Made by a program: the position numbers and the translations under genes
DNA from: Actinomycetota bacterium
GTDB lineage: Bacteria; Actinomycetota; UBA4738; HRBIN12
Length of the DNA stretch: 64,000 nt
Assembly (NCBI GenBank): GCA_035718185.1
Contig: DASTHN010000069.1
Location: forward strand, 18,697-82,696
Reading direction: 5' to 3'
Notes under the pieces: model-generated
What the model saw: only the letters and a program-made list of their open reading frames with translations
Database searches by the model: none
Told to the model about the DNA's origin: nothing
Part shown: one piece after another, positions 53,003-61,226 of the stretch
How positions within the stretch are numbered: the first letter of the stretch is position 1
How the letters are laid out: each line of letters starts with the position of its first letter

Positions 53003-53125
53003 TTACTTCTTCGCCGCCGCCTTCCGCTCGGCGGCGCGCTGCTCCGCCTTCCGCTTGTCGGCCTGCTTCTTCTTGCGCTCGCGGTCGTGCGCCCATCGCA
53101 CCCGCGCCCGGTCACCTCGTCCCAT
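53003..53125 (-). CDS. 40-aa highly basic micro-protein (MGRGDRARVRWAHDRERKKKQADKRKAEQRAAERKAAAKK)
   Basis: Found by eye. GAGGAGGA lies 8 nt before the ATG and 24 nt downstream of the proC stop. Good GC3. Confidence 0.6.
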   Translation of the reverse strand: MGRGDRARVRWAHDRERKKKQADKRKAEQRAAERKAAAKK

Positions 53126-53149
53126 CCGCTCGGTCCTCCTCGTCGTCCC

Positions 53150-53983
53150 CTACTCGCGCTCCTCGTCCTCGCCGCCCTGCGCGAGCTCGGCGCTCCGGTG
53201 CCGGGCGGCGTCGATCGCGTTCAGGAAGGCGGCACGAACACCGGCCTCCTCCAGGTGCCTGATCGCGGCGATCGTCGTTCCGCCGGGCGAGGTCACCATC
53301 TCGCGCAGCTCGACGGGGTGCTGGCCCGTGTCCCGCAGCATCTTCGCCGAGCCGAGCATCGTCTGGATGATGAGCTCGGTCGCGACGTCCCGGGACAGGC
53401 CGAGCAGGATACACGCCTCGATCATCGCCTCGGCGAGCAGGAAGAAGTACGCGGGACCCGAGCCGCTCGTGGCCGTGATCGCGTCCTGATGGGTCTCCTT
53501 CAGCCGGATCACCCTGCCGACGTATCCGAGCAGCTCCTCGGCCAGCTGGAGATGCTGCTCCTCCGCGTGCGAGCCGGCCGAGACGACAGACATCGCCTCG
53601 TCGACGAGCACCGCGACGTTCGACATCACGCGGACGACGGGGATCCCCGCGGGCAGGTGCCGCTCCACGAACGACGTCCGGATGCCGGCCGCGAAGCTGA
53701 TCACGGTCTGCCCCGGGTGGACCGAGCCTGCGATCTGGGCGAGCAGCGCCTCCATGTCCTGCGGCTTCACGATCAGGACGAGCGTCTCGGCCCAGTCGAC
53801 CGCCTCGGGGTTCGAGAGGCTGGCGGCCACGCCGTACCGGTCCTTCAGCTCCGCCGCGCGCTCGTCCCGCCTGCACGTCACCATGATCTCGTCGGCGCTC
53901 CGGCCGCCCGAGCGGATCAACCCCGAGACGAGCGCCTCGCCCATCCGCCCAGCGCCGAGGAACGCCACCTTGCGTCCGGTCAT
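53150..53983 (-). CDS. proC: pyrroline-5-carboxylate reductase
   Basis: VAFLGAGRMGEAL, ...KPQD..., SGSGPAYFF and TSPGGTT motifs. Confidence 0.92.
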   Translation of the reverse strand: MTGRKVAFLGAGRMGEALVSGLIRSGGRSADEIMVTCRRDERAAELKDRYGVAASLSNPEAVDWAETLVLIVKPQDMEALLAQIAGSVHPGQTVISFAAGIRTSFVERHLPAGIPVVRVMSNVAVLVDEAMSVVSAGSHAEEQHLQLAEELLGYVGRVIRLKETHQDAITATSGSGPAYFFLLAEAMIEACILLGLSRDVATELIIQTMLGSAKMLRDTGQHPVELREMVTSPGGTTIAAIRHLEEAGVRAAFLNAIDAARHRSAELAQGGEDEERE

Positions 53984-54014
53984 CCGCCTGGTCCCCCCGT
54001 GTGTGCCGTCAGCG

Positions 54015-54941
54015 TCAGCGCCCGAACCTCACCAGGTTCGAGGCGAAGAACCACATGTTCGCAGGGCGCTCGGCCATCCGTCGAGTCAGGTACGGGTACC
54101 ACTCCGTGCCATACGGCACGTACACCCGGACGGGGTAGCCCTCGTTCGCCAGGCGGTTCTGCAGATCGCGGCGGATCCCGTACAGCATCTGGAACTCGAC
54201 CCGGGTCCAGGGGATGGCTCGCCGCTCGACGAACGAGACCGTGCCGTCGAGGAGCGCCGGATCGTGCGTCGCGACGTGGACCACGTGCCCGCGCGCCAGC
54301 AGCGTCGCGGTGAGCTGCGCGAACGTCGTGTCGACCTCGCGACGGGTCGCGAAGGCGACCTCGGGCGGCTCCAGGTACGCGCCCTTCACGATCCGGATCA
54401 CGGAGCCATCGGGCAGCTCGTCGACGTCGCGCCCGGTCCGCCGCAGGCACGTCTGGAGCGCCACGCCCACGCGATCGTGGCGCTCACGCAGCTCACGGAA
54501 CACCCGGAGCGTCCGGTCCACGTACGCGCTCGACTCCATGTCGATCATCACGAGGGTTCCGATCTCGGCCGCGGCCTCGAGCACGCGCTCCATGTTCGCC
54601 ACGCACAGCTCGTGGGAGAAGTCCAGCCCGAGCTGGGTGAGCTTGACCGAGACGGTGAGGTCCAGGAACGGCTCCACGCGGATCCGGTCGAGCGCGCGAA
54701 CGTACGCCCCCACCGCTTCGACCGCGTGCTCCGGAGCGGTGACGTTCTCGCCCAGGTGATCCAGGATCGTCGAGATCTTCTGACCGTCGAGCGCCTTCGC
54801 CGCCCGGACCGCGTCGTCGAGATGCTCACCGGCCACGAACCGGGCGACCACCGGGCGGCCGAGACGTCCGGTGACGAGGCGCCGGAACCAGCCGGCCTCG
54901 GTCAGCCGCAGGACGGGTCCACGCAGGAGCGGGCCGTTCAC
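54015..54941 (-). CDS. proline dehydrogenase (monofunctional)
   Basis: ...SVKLTQLG...IDMESS...IRIVKGAY...FQMLYGIR...YVPYG..., the proline dehydrogenase barrel pattern. Confidence 0.88.
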   Translation of the reverse strand: MNGPLLRGPVLRLTEAGWFRRLVTGRLGRPVVARFVAGEHLDDAVRAAKALDGQKISTILDHLGENVTAPEHAVEAVGAYVRALDRIRVEPFLDLTVSVKLTQLGLDFSHELCVANMERVLEAAAEIGTLVMIDMESSAYVDRTLRVFRELRERHDRVGVALQTCLRRTGRDVDELPDGSVIRIVKGAYLEPPEVAFATRREVDTTFAQLTATLLARGHVVHVATHDPALLDGTVSFVERRAIPWTRVEFQMLYGIRRDLQNRLANEGYPVRVYVPYGTEWYPYLTRRMAERPANMWFFASNLVRFGR

Positions 54942-55001
54942 GATTGGACCGTAACAGGGAGGGCGCGACCCGGCCGGGTCGTTCGCCCGGCCGGGGACGG
55001 G

Positions 55002-55634
55002 TCAGCGGGCGGCGATCCCGGAACGCAGCACCTCGATGAATTCACGGATCCGTTCCTCGCGACGGTCCGCACGGAACGGCTTGCGGTGCACCAGACCCGG
55101 GTCGAGCTCCTCACTGCCGAGCACGTCCTGGAAGCGCTCGGCGAGCCAGTCGAGCATGGAGGAGATCATCTCGACGTCCACGTCGTCACGGACCTCGCCG
55201 CGTCGGACGCCGAACTCCACGAGCTCGAGCGTGCCGTACGGGTCCTCGGACCGCATGAACCGGTCGATCGGCCGGCGGAGTCCGAGCCCCGTGTCGTAGC
55301 GCCCGATCATCGCGACCCGGTTGGGGATCCAGGCCTCGTCGAGGAACTCCTCGGTCTCCTCGATCCAGTAGTCCAGCACCGCCCAGAAGCCCTGCTCGAC
55401 GACCTCGGCCGGGGCCTCCAGCCACGACGGCAGCTCCCGGACGGCCCGCTCGTACGCGGCGAGGAACAGACCCTCCTTGTTCCCGAAGTGGAGGAACACC
55501 GTGCCCTTGGCCACACCCACCTCGGCGGCGATGTCCTCGACTCGAGCGCCGCGGTACCCGTGCTCGGCGAAGTGGCGCATCGCCACCTCGACGATGAGGT
55601 CGCGCTTCGTGTGGTGATCGTCCGCGGTGGTCAC
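55002..55634 (-). CDS. TetR-family transcriptional regulator
   Basis: The HTH IVEVAMRHFAEHGYRGARVEDIAAEVGVAKGTVFLHF. GTG start at 55634. Confidence 0.85.
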   Translation of the reverse strand: MTTADDHHTKRDLIVEVAMRHFAEHGYRGARVEDIAAEVGVAKGTVFLHFGNKEGLFLAAYERAVRELPSWLEAPAEVVEQGFWAVLDYWIEETEEFLDEAWIPNRVAMIGRYDTGLGLRRPIDRFMRSEDPYGTLELVEFGVRRGEVRDDVDVEMISSMLDWLAERFQDVLGSEELDPGLVHRKPFRADRREERIREFIEVLRSGIAAR

Positions 55635-55748
55635 GTCCCGGAACCGTACCGGCTCTCGCGGCGGTGGAACAAGCGCCGATGACGGGGACGATCGCCGAGG
55701 CGGAGTGGGGCAAGGCCCGGAGCGGCAAGGCCGAGGAGCGGGCCTGGC

Positions 55749-56060
55749 AAGGAAGAACCCGAGGGACCTCGGGCTCACCGGGGGCCGAAGCCTCCGATCA
55801 CCCTCAGCCCCTCGGGCTCAGGTGCTCCGAGCAACCTCAGGCAGCTGTCTTGGTTTCCTGGCGGTAGACCCTTTCGTTGGGCTTTGGGGCCTTCCGAGCC
55901 TCCCCGCCCGCACAGCTAGTTGGCCTTCCCAACCGTACGACCAGGTGCGCCCAGTCGGCCTTACGGCTTTCCCAGGGGTCCCCGCTTCGGTTCCCTGACT
56001 CAGCCGCTCCGGCTGCTCGGAGCGATACGGAATGTATCCGCGGGACACTGGGGGGTCAAC
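55749..56060 (-). ncRNA. candidate structured non-coding RNA, class unknown (core helix 56024-56012 pairs with 55837-55825)
   Basis: Sits in a 550-nt gap with no credible ORF and visibly lower GC. It has a 13-bp long-range helix and GUAA and UUCG tetraloop hairpins. A terminal hairpin, CCCGAGG-tc-CCTCGGG, is followed by UUCUUCCUU. G.U pairs occur only if the minus strand is the RNA. Confidence 0.5.
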
Positions 56061-56183
56061 CCGACGAACCCGCAGGTAGAGGCATGAATGCGCAGGTAGC
56101 GGGCCCGGGATAAAGAGTGACAAGAACATGTCCGCGTCGTGAACACCAGCGTGCATCGCCCCGAGCCCCTTGCACTGCAGATG

Positions 56184-57494
56184 TTACGCCGGGACGACCC
56201 GGTTCGCGATCCGAGCCGGGTGCCCCGACGGACCTCCGTCCAGGAGCTCCCTGTACACGGCCAGGATCTCCTCGGCGGTCGCATCCCACGAGAACCGTTG
56301 CGAGTGCGCGACGCCGGCCTCGCCCAGCCGGCGAGCGCCCGCGCGGTCGCGCAGGACCTGGAGGATGCGCTCGGCATGGTCGGCGGGGTCGTGTCCCTCG
56401 ACGAGGTAGCCGGTCACGCCGTCATCCACGACGTACCGCAGGCCGCCGACCGCCGCGGCGATCACGGGCGTGCCGCAGGCCTGGGCCTCGAGCGCGACCA
56501 GCCCGAACGACTCCGAGCGCGACGGCATGAGGACGACCTCTGCTGCCGAGTAGAAGTCGGCGAGTCGGACCTGCGGCTGGGGCGGGAACAGCATCACGCG
56601 CTCCTCCACCCCGAGTGCCCCGGCCAGGTCCATGAGCCTGGCGATCTCGGCGCCGCCGGTGCCGCTCGGTCCGCCGACGATCGCGAGCACGACGTCGGCC
56701 GTGCCCTCGGGGTCCCGCGCGAGCGCCTCGGCCAGGGCCTGGACCGCGATGTCGGGTCCCTTGTGGGGCTGGAGGCGGCCGACGAACAGCAGCAGGCGGA
56801 CGTCGGCCATGTGCAGCTGGCTCGCGGCGGCGGGCCGCGAGCGCGGGAAGAACACGGCGTGATCGACCCCCGGCGGCACGAGCCGGACCCGCTCGGGGTC
56901 CGCGCCGTACAGACCGACCAGCTGGGCCGCCTCGGTCGGCGTCCCGGCCATGATCCGGTCGGCGCGCGCGACCACCGCTCCCTCGCCGGCCAGGCGCTCC
57001 CGCATCTCGGGGCGCTCCCCGCGCGCGAGCGAGTAGTTCTTCACCTTCCCGAGGGTGTGGAACGACGACACGAGCGGAACCCCCCACGCGTCCCCGGCCC
57101 GCGTCCCGATCAGACCCGAGAGCCAGTAGTGGGTGTGGACGAGGTCGTAGCCTCCCACCGCGCCGCATCGCCGCAGGACGCCCTCGAGGAACTCGGGGAC
57201 GTACGGCGCGAGCTCCTCCTTCGGGATCGGCGCCCGTGGTCCGGCGTTCACGTGGACCACCTGCGCCCCCGGCGCCAGCTCCTCGATCTCGGCGACCTCG
57301 GGCGCGCGACGGCGCGTGAACACGTCGACGTCGATCCCGCGGCGCGCGAGCTGCTCGGCCGCGGCTCGCACGTACACGTTCATGCCGCCCGAGTCACCGG
57401 TGCCCGGCTGGTCGAGCGGGGAGGTGTGCAGGCTCACGACGGCCACGCGGGGACGCGGACCGTTCGCGCTCGAGCCGTCGGGGTTCGTTACCAC
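56184..57494 (-). CDS. mshA: D-inositol-3-phosphate glycosyltransferase (mycothiol biosynthesis)
   Basis: VAVVSLHTSPLDQPGTGDSGGMNVYV, the hallmark MshA N-terminus. GT4 C-terminal E-x7-E region (PSRSESFGLVALEA). Confidence 0.88.
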   Translation of the reverse strand: MVTNPDGSSANGPRPRVAVVSLHTSPLDQPGTGDSGGMNVYVRAAAEQLARRGIDVDVFTRRRAPEVAEIEELAPGAQVVHVNAGPRAPIPKEELAPYVPEFLEGVLRRCGAVGGYDLVHTHYWLSGLIGTRAGDAWGVPLVSSFHTLGKVKNYSLARGERPEMRERLAGEGAVVARADRIMAGTPTEAAQLVGLYGADPERVRLVPPGVDHAVFFPRSRPAAASQLHMADVRLLLFVGRLQPHKGPDIAVQALAEALARDPEGTADVVLAIVGGPSGTGGAEIARLMDLAGALGVEERVMLFPPQPQVRLADFYSAAEVVLMPSRSESFGLVALEAQACGTPVIAAAVGGLRYVVDDGVTGYLVEGHDPADHAERILQVLRDRAGARRLGEAGVAHSQRFSWDATAEEILAVYRELLDGGPSGHPARIANRVVPA

Positions 57495-57539
57495 GGCACG
57501 AATGGTACGAAAGCCTCGGTGAACGACGGCCCGGCGTCC

Positions 57540-58547
57540 TCAGCGGGGCCGCAGGGAGAACGCCGCCACGACCTCACCCACGGGGCGACCGCCGCCAGTG
57601 ACCGGACGTCGCGCGTGCCGGCCGAGCCGTTCGAGCTGCGCGTCGTCGATCGCGCCGAGCCGCCAGAGCGCGTGGATCAGGGCCGGACCGCTCGCGCGCT
57701 CGCCGCCATCGGCCACCTTCACCGCGACCCCGAGCCCGAGCGCGGGGACCGCGGCGCAGTGGAGCGCCTCGGCGCCGACCTTCACGACCAACCCGGGGAC
57801 CTGCTCCATCACTGCCGTGTCGATCCGTCCGCGCCCCGCAACCAGGTACGGCTCGGCGCGCATCGCGTCGACGGCCCGCTCGACCGGCCGTCCGAGCCGG
57901 CCGAAGCGCTCGGGCGCGAGGAGACGCGCGTACAGGGTCGCCGCCGCAGCGAGCGGCACACCGTGGACGGGCACCCCGCATCCGTCCACGCCGATCCGGG
58001 GCCGCTCGACCCCGGTGCCGCGGCGCACGGCACGCAGGACCCTGCGCTGGAGCCGGTGCGACGGCCGCGGGTACGTCCGGATGTCCAGCCCGCCGAGCGC
58101 ACTCGCGACCGCCATCCCGGCGTGCTTGGCCGAGCAGTTGTGGAAGATCCGGCGCGGTCGGCCTGCCGCGAGCATCGCGCCGCGGTCGAGCGGTAACGCC
58201 GGCGGGCACCTGAGCGCCGAGACGCCCAGCCCCCCGCGATGCAGGACCGCACGAGCCGCCGCCACGTGCACGGGCTCCCCGTTGTGCGATCCGCAGAGCG
58301 CCGCGACCAGGCGGTCCGGGAGATCCTCGTCGAACAGCGACAGCGACACGGCGGCCTGCAGGGGCTTCGTCGCCGACCGGAGGAAGACGGGGTGGAACGG
58401 GTCGCCGAGCCGGGCCACGAGGCGACCCTCGGCGTCCGCCACCGCCACGTGGCCGAGGTGCACGGACTCCTCGAGCCCGGAACGGACCACCCGGACGATC
58501 GGCTCGGCCCTCGGCACGGCGACGAGACTATCGGTGCGGGCGCGCAC
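57540..58547 (-). CDS. asparaginase family protein (Rhizobium-type, Asparaginase_II)
   Basis: RSATKPLQA, CGSHNGE and NCSAKHAGM motifs. Confidence 0.78.
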   Translation of the reverse strand: MRARTDSLVAVPRAEPIVRVVRSGLEESVHLGHVAVADAEGRLVARLGDPFHPVFLRSATKPLQAAVSLSLFDEDLPDRLVAALCGSHNGEPVHVAAARAVLHRGGLGVSALRCPPALPLDRGAMLAAGRPRRIFHNCSAKHAGMAVASALGGLDIRTYPRPSHRLQRRVLRAVRRGTGVERPRIGVDGCGVPVHGVPLAAAATLYARLLAPERFGRLGRPVERAVDAMRAEPYLVAGRGRIDTAVMEQVPGLVVKVGAEALHCAAVPALGLGVAVKVADGGERASGPALIHALWRLGAIDDAQLERLGRHARRPVTGGGRPVGEVVAAFSLRPR

Positions 58548-58580
58548 GCGGCACGCGGCGATGCGAGCGGTGGGTTGGGA

Positions 58581-59354
58581 TCACCCCGCCCGGACGGAGC
58601 GCTCCTCGTCGTCCGCCGCGAGCTCGGGCGGGTCCTCGCGGATCATCTGCACGAACACGCGGACGACCTCGGGGTCGAACTGCGAGCCGGCCCCGCCCTG
58701 GATCTCGGCCAGGGCGCGCTCGACGCCCATGGCGCCGCGGTACGGCCGATCGCTCGTCATCGCGTCGAACGAGTCCGCGACCGAGAACACCCGGGCGGCG
58801 AGTGGGATCTGCTCACCGCGGAGACCGTCGGGGTACCCGTCGCCGTCGAACCGCTCGTGGTGATGGCGGACGAGCTCGACCGCCCCCTGCAGGAACGCGA
58901 TGGGGGCGACGATCTGGACCCCGACGAGCGGGTGGGTGCGCATGATCTCCCACTCCGCCGCCGAGAGCGGGCCGCGCTTGCACAGGATCTGCTCGGGGAT
59001 GCCGACCTTGCCGATGTCGTGGAGGAAGAACCCGTACCCCAGCTCCTCGGTGACCAGCTCCGGATCGACCCGCTCCGCGAGCGAGAGGCCGTAGGCCTGC
59101 GTCCGGTCCAGATGTCCGCGGGTCGTGGCGTCCTTCGCCTCGATCACCTGCGCGAGGCTCTTCATCGTCGCGAGATAGGTCTCCTGAAGACTGGCGAGGA
59201 CCCGTTCGAGCTCCGCGCTCCGGGCCCGCTCGAGCCGGTAGAGCTCGCCCAGCTCTCTGGCGAAGACGATCAGCTGTTCATGCACCGCGGGGAGCTCGGG
59301 GTCCGTCGGGGTCCCGGTCGCCAGGCCGAGGTCGGGTCCGTGCATCGCTGCCAC
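58581..59354 (-). CDS. HD-GYP domain protein (putative c-di-GMP phosphodiesterase)
   Basis: FLHDIGKVGIP, HHERFDGDGYPDGL and FDAMTSDRPYR motifs. Confidence 0.88.
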   Translation of the reverse strand: MAAMHGPDLGLATGTPTDPELPAVHEQLIVFARELGELYRLERARSAELERVLASLQETYLATMKSLAQVIEAKDATTRGHLDRTQAYGLSLAERVDPELVTEELGYGFFLHDIGKVGIPEQILCKRGPLSAAEWEIMRTHPLVGVQIVAPIAFLQGAVELVRHHHERFDGDGYPDGLRGEQIPLAARVFSVADSFDAMTSDRPYRGAMGVERALAEIQGGAGSQFDPEVVRVFVQMIREDPPELAADDEERSVRAG

Positions 59355-59509
59355 CTTCGGGTCGAGAACGCTCCGCGGGAAAGCCTACGTGAGCCACCCG
59401 ACGGTTCCATGGACATCCCGGCTCAAGATGCCCTCCGCCTCGCGCATCCCCCGTCGGACCGAGGGTGTGGGGCGGACGGGCCCGCGGCTGCCCCCGCCGG
59501 GCGATGGCC

Positions 59510-60034
59510 CTACGTCAGCGCCAGGGAGGGGTCCTCCCGGTACCGGCGCTTCAGCTCGTCCTGCAGCCGGTCCAGGATCTCGATGACCTCGGCGCGAGAC
59601 TGAGAGACCTCCTGCTCCTCTCGGACGAGGAGGTCGGCGACCTCTGCGAGTCGCTCGTCGTCGAGCTGCGCCGGATCGGAGATCGCGACGTCGGAGACCA
59701 GACGCTCGACCCGGCGGCGCGCCAGGAGCATCTCGTCCTCGGGCAGTCCGACCTTCACGGCCTCGCCGCGCGCCGGGCCCTGCACCTCACCGCCGAGGAT
59801 CGTCGCCATGCTCTCGACGAGCGACCCCTCCGCCATCCCGTCGCGGCGCTGGAGCTCGGCGCCCAGGATCTCGGCGCGGCCCTGGAGGAGGCGACGGAGG
59901 AACGACAGGTACTCGCGCTCGGCCAGACACTCGTCCCGGCGCCGGCGCAACTCCTCGAGTGGGAGGTCCTCCATGCCCTCGACGAACCCGGGCTGGCGGA
60001 TGTGGTCGATGCGACGATTGCCCTGATCGCTCAC
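59510..60034 (-). CDS. RsiG-like coiled-coil protein (putative c-di-GMP-binding anti-sigma factor)
   Basis: LPLEELRRRRDECLAEREYLSFLRRLLQGRAEIL closely resembles the RsiG helix-1 signature ...EADLSYVRRLLQGRIDIL as I recall it. A second helix reads EEQEVSQSRAEVIEILDRLQDEL. Confidence 0.6.
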   Translation of the reverse strand: MSDQGNRRIDHIRQPGFVEGMEDLPLEELRRRRDECLAEREYLSFLRRLLQGRAEILGAELQRRDGMAEGSLVESMATILGGEVQGPARGEAVKVGLPEDEMLLARRRVERLVSDVAISDPAQLDDERLAEVADLLVREEQEVSQSRAEVIEILDRLQDELKRRYREDPSLALT

Positions 60035-60096
60035 GCGGTCTCCTTCGGACCGAGAGGGTCGGGCGCATCGTATCGCGCTGCGAGAGGTCGGGCGTG

Positions 60097-61158
60097 TCAG
60101 CAGACCGCGAGGAGCATCTGGTACGGGTTGATCGCGGCGCCGCCGCCGGGGTGGTACTCGAAGTGCAGGTGGTTCGTCGACCCGGCGTTGCCCGTGCTCC
60201 CGACGTACCCGATGACGGTGCCGGCGCCAACGCTCCCGGACGCGCTGCTGTACCCGGAGAGGTGCGCGTAGAACGTGTAGGTGCCGCTCGGGGCCCGGAC
60301 GTAGGCCTGGATGCCCCCCGAGGAGCTCGAGCTGTGCGAGACCGTCCCCGGGTGGGCCGCCACGACCGGCGTGCCGGCGGGCGAGATCAGGTCGATGCCC
60401 TGATGCGTGTGCCCGACACGCGGCCAGCCGAACGAGTCCACGAACGAGTTCGGGCCCGCCACCGGGCAGACCTGGATCGGCGAGTTCGGGTCCGGGCTCT
60501 GCCCGAGGACCTGCAGCTGCTTCTGCTCGGACCGGTACTTCTCGGTCAGGCGCGCGACAAGGTCGTCGATCCGGGAGAACGCGTCCTGGATCCTCGCTCT
60601 CGCCGACTCGAGCTCGGCCGCCTGCTCCTGCTGGCGGGTCTCGAGCCGGAGCAGCTCGTCACGCTCGCGGAGGAGCTCCTCCTGCGCCACGTCCCGCTCG
60701 ACGATGAGGTCCGAGTCCGACTGGGTCATGCTGCCGAGGAACTCGAGACGGGCCGACAAATCGGCGAACGACTCCGACGACAGCAGCAGGTCGATCGTGC
60801 TGCCGGCCCCGGCCTGGAACGCGAACACGGCGCGGCGCTCGAGGCGTCGCTCGATCCGATCCACGCTCTCCTGCAGCCGCGCGATGCGGTCCTTCGTGAC
60901 CTCGACGTCGTGCCGCGTGAGCTCCAGGTCGCGCTCGGCGGCCTGCCACTCGGATGTCGCCGCGGCGAGCTGGTCCTGGATCCGCGCCAGGTCGCGCTTG
61001 GCCGCCTCGAGCTGCTCCTTGGTCCCGGCGGCGGCGGGCAGCGTCAGGGCCGAGCCGACGACGAGGAGCCCGGCCACCAGGGCCAGGGCGAGGGAAGACG
61101 TGCGGGGCCTCCTGGAAGCGGTCGTTCGGCCTCCTTCGGTCGTCCGGCGCCGCGTCAC
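60097..61158 (-). CDS. M23-family metallopeptidase with an N-terminal coiled coil
   Basis: Signal/TM segment and a long Gln/Glu/Arg-rich coiled coil. HTHQGIDL and HLHFE zinc motifs. Confidence 0.85.
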   Translation of the reverse strand: MTRRRTTEGGRTTASRRPRTSSLALALVAGLLVVGSALTLPAAAGTKEQLEAAKRDLARIQDQLAAATSEWQAAERDLELTRHDVEVTKDRIARLQESVDRIERRLERRAVFAFQAGAGSTIDLLLSSESFADLSARLEFLGSMTQSDSDLIVERDVAQEELLRERDELLRLETRQQEQAAELESARARIQDAFSRIDDLVARLTEKYRSEQKQLQVLGQSPDPNSPIQVCPVAGPNSFVDSFGWPRVGHTHQGIDLISPAGTPVVAAHPGTVSHSSSSSGGIQAYVRAPSGTYTFYAHLSGYSSASGSVGAGTVIGYVGSTGNAGSTNHLHFEYHPGGGAAINPYQMLLAVC

Positions 61159-61226
61159 AGGCCGTTCGGGAGGCTACCAGAGCCCCCTCGACCTGGGCAA
61201 ACGTCCTGCGCGGCCTCGGCCCCGCG

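Noticed and set aside
55745-56160. Possible RNase P RNA, tmRNA or SRP RNA, given the ~300-400 nt structured non-coding stretch.
   Set aside because: The near-invariant signatures are absent on both strands: GAGGAAAGUCC and ACAGAACCCGGCUUA (RNase P), the tRNA-like 3' end GGUUCGAUUCC...CCACCA (tmRNA), and GGAAGGAAGCAGC-type helix 8 (SRP). Only loose similarity exists (AAGGCCAACUAG against AAGGCCAAAUAG). It is kept as an unclassified RNA candidate instead.
59355-59509. A 20-codon upstream ORF (MREAEGILSRDVHGTVGWLT) in the leader of the HD-GYP gene.
   Set aside because: It has only a weak G-run as a Shine-Dalgarno sequence and nothing beyond an open frame to support it. That is too short to support from sequence alone.
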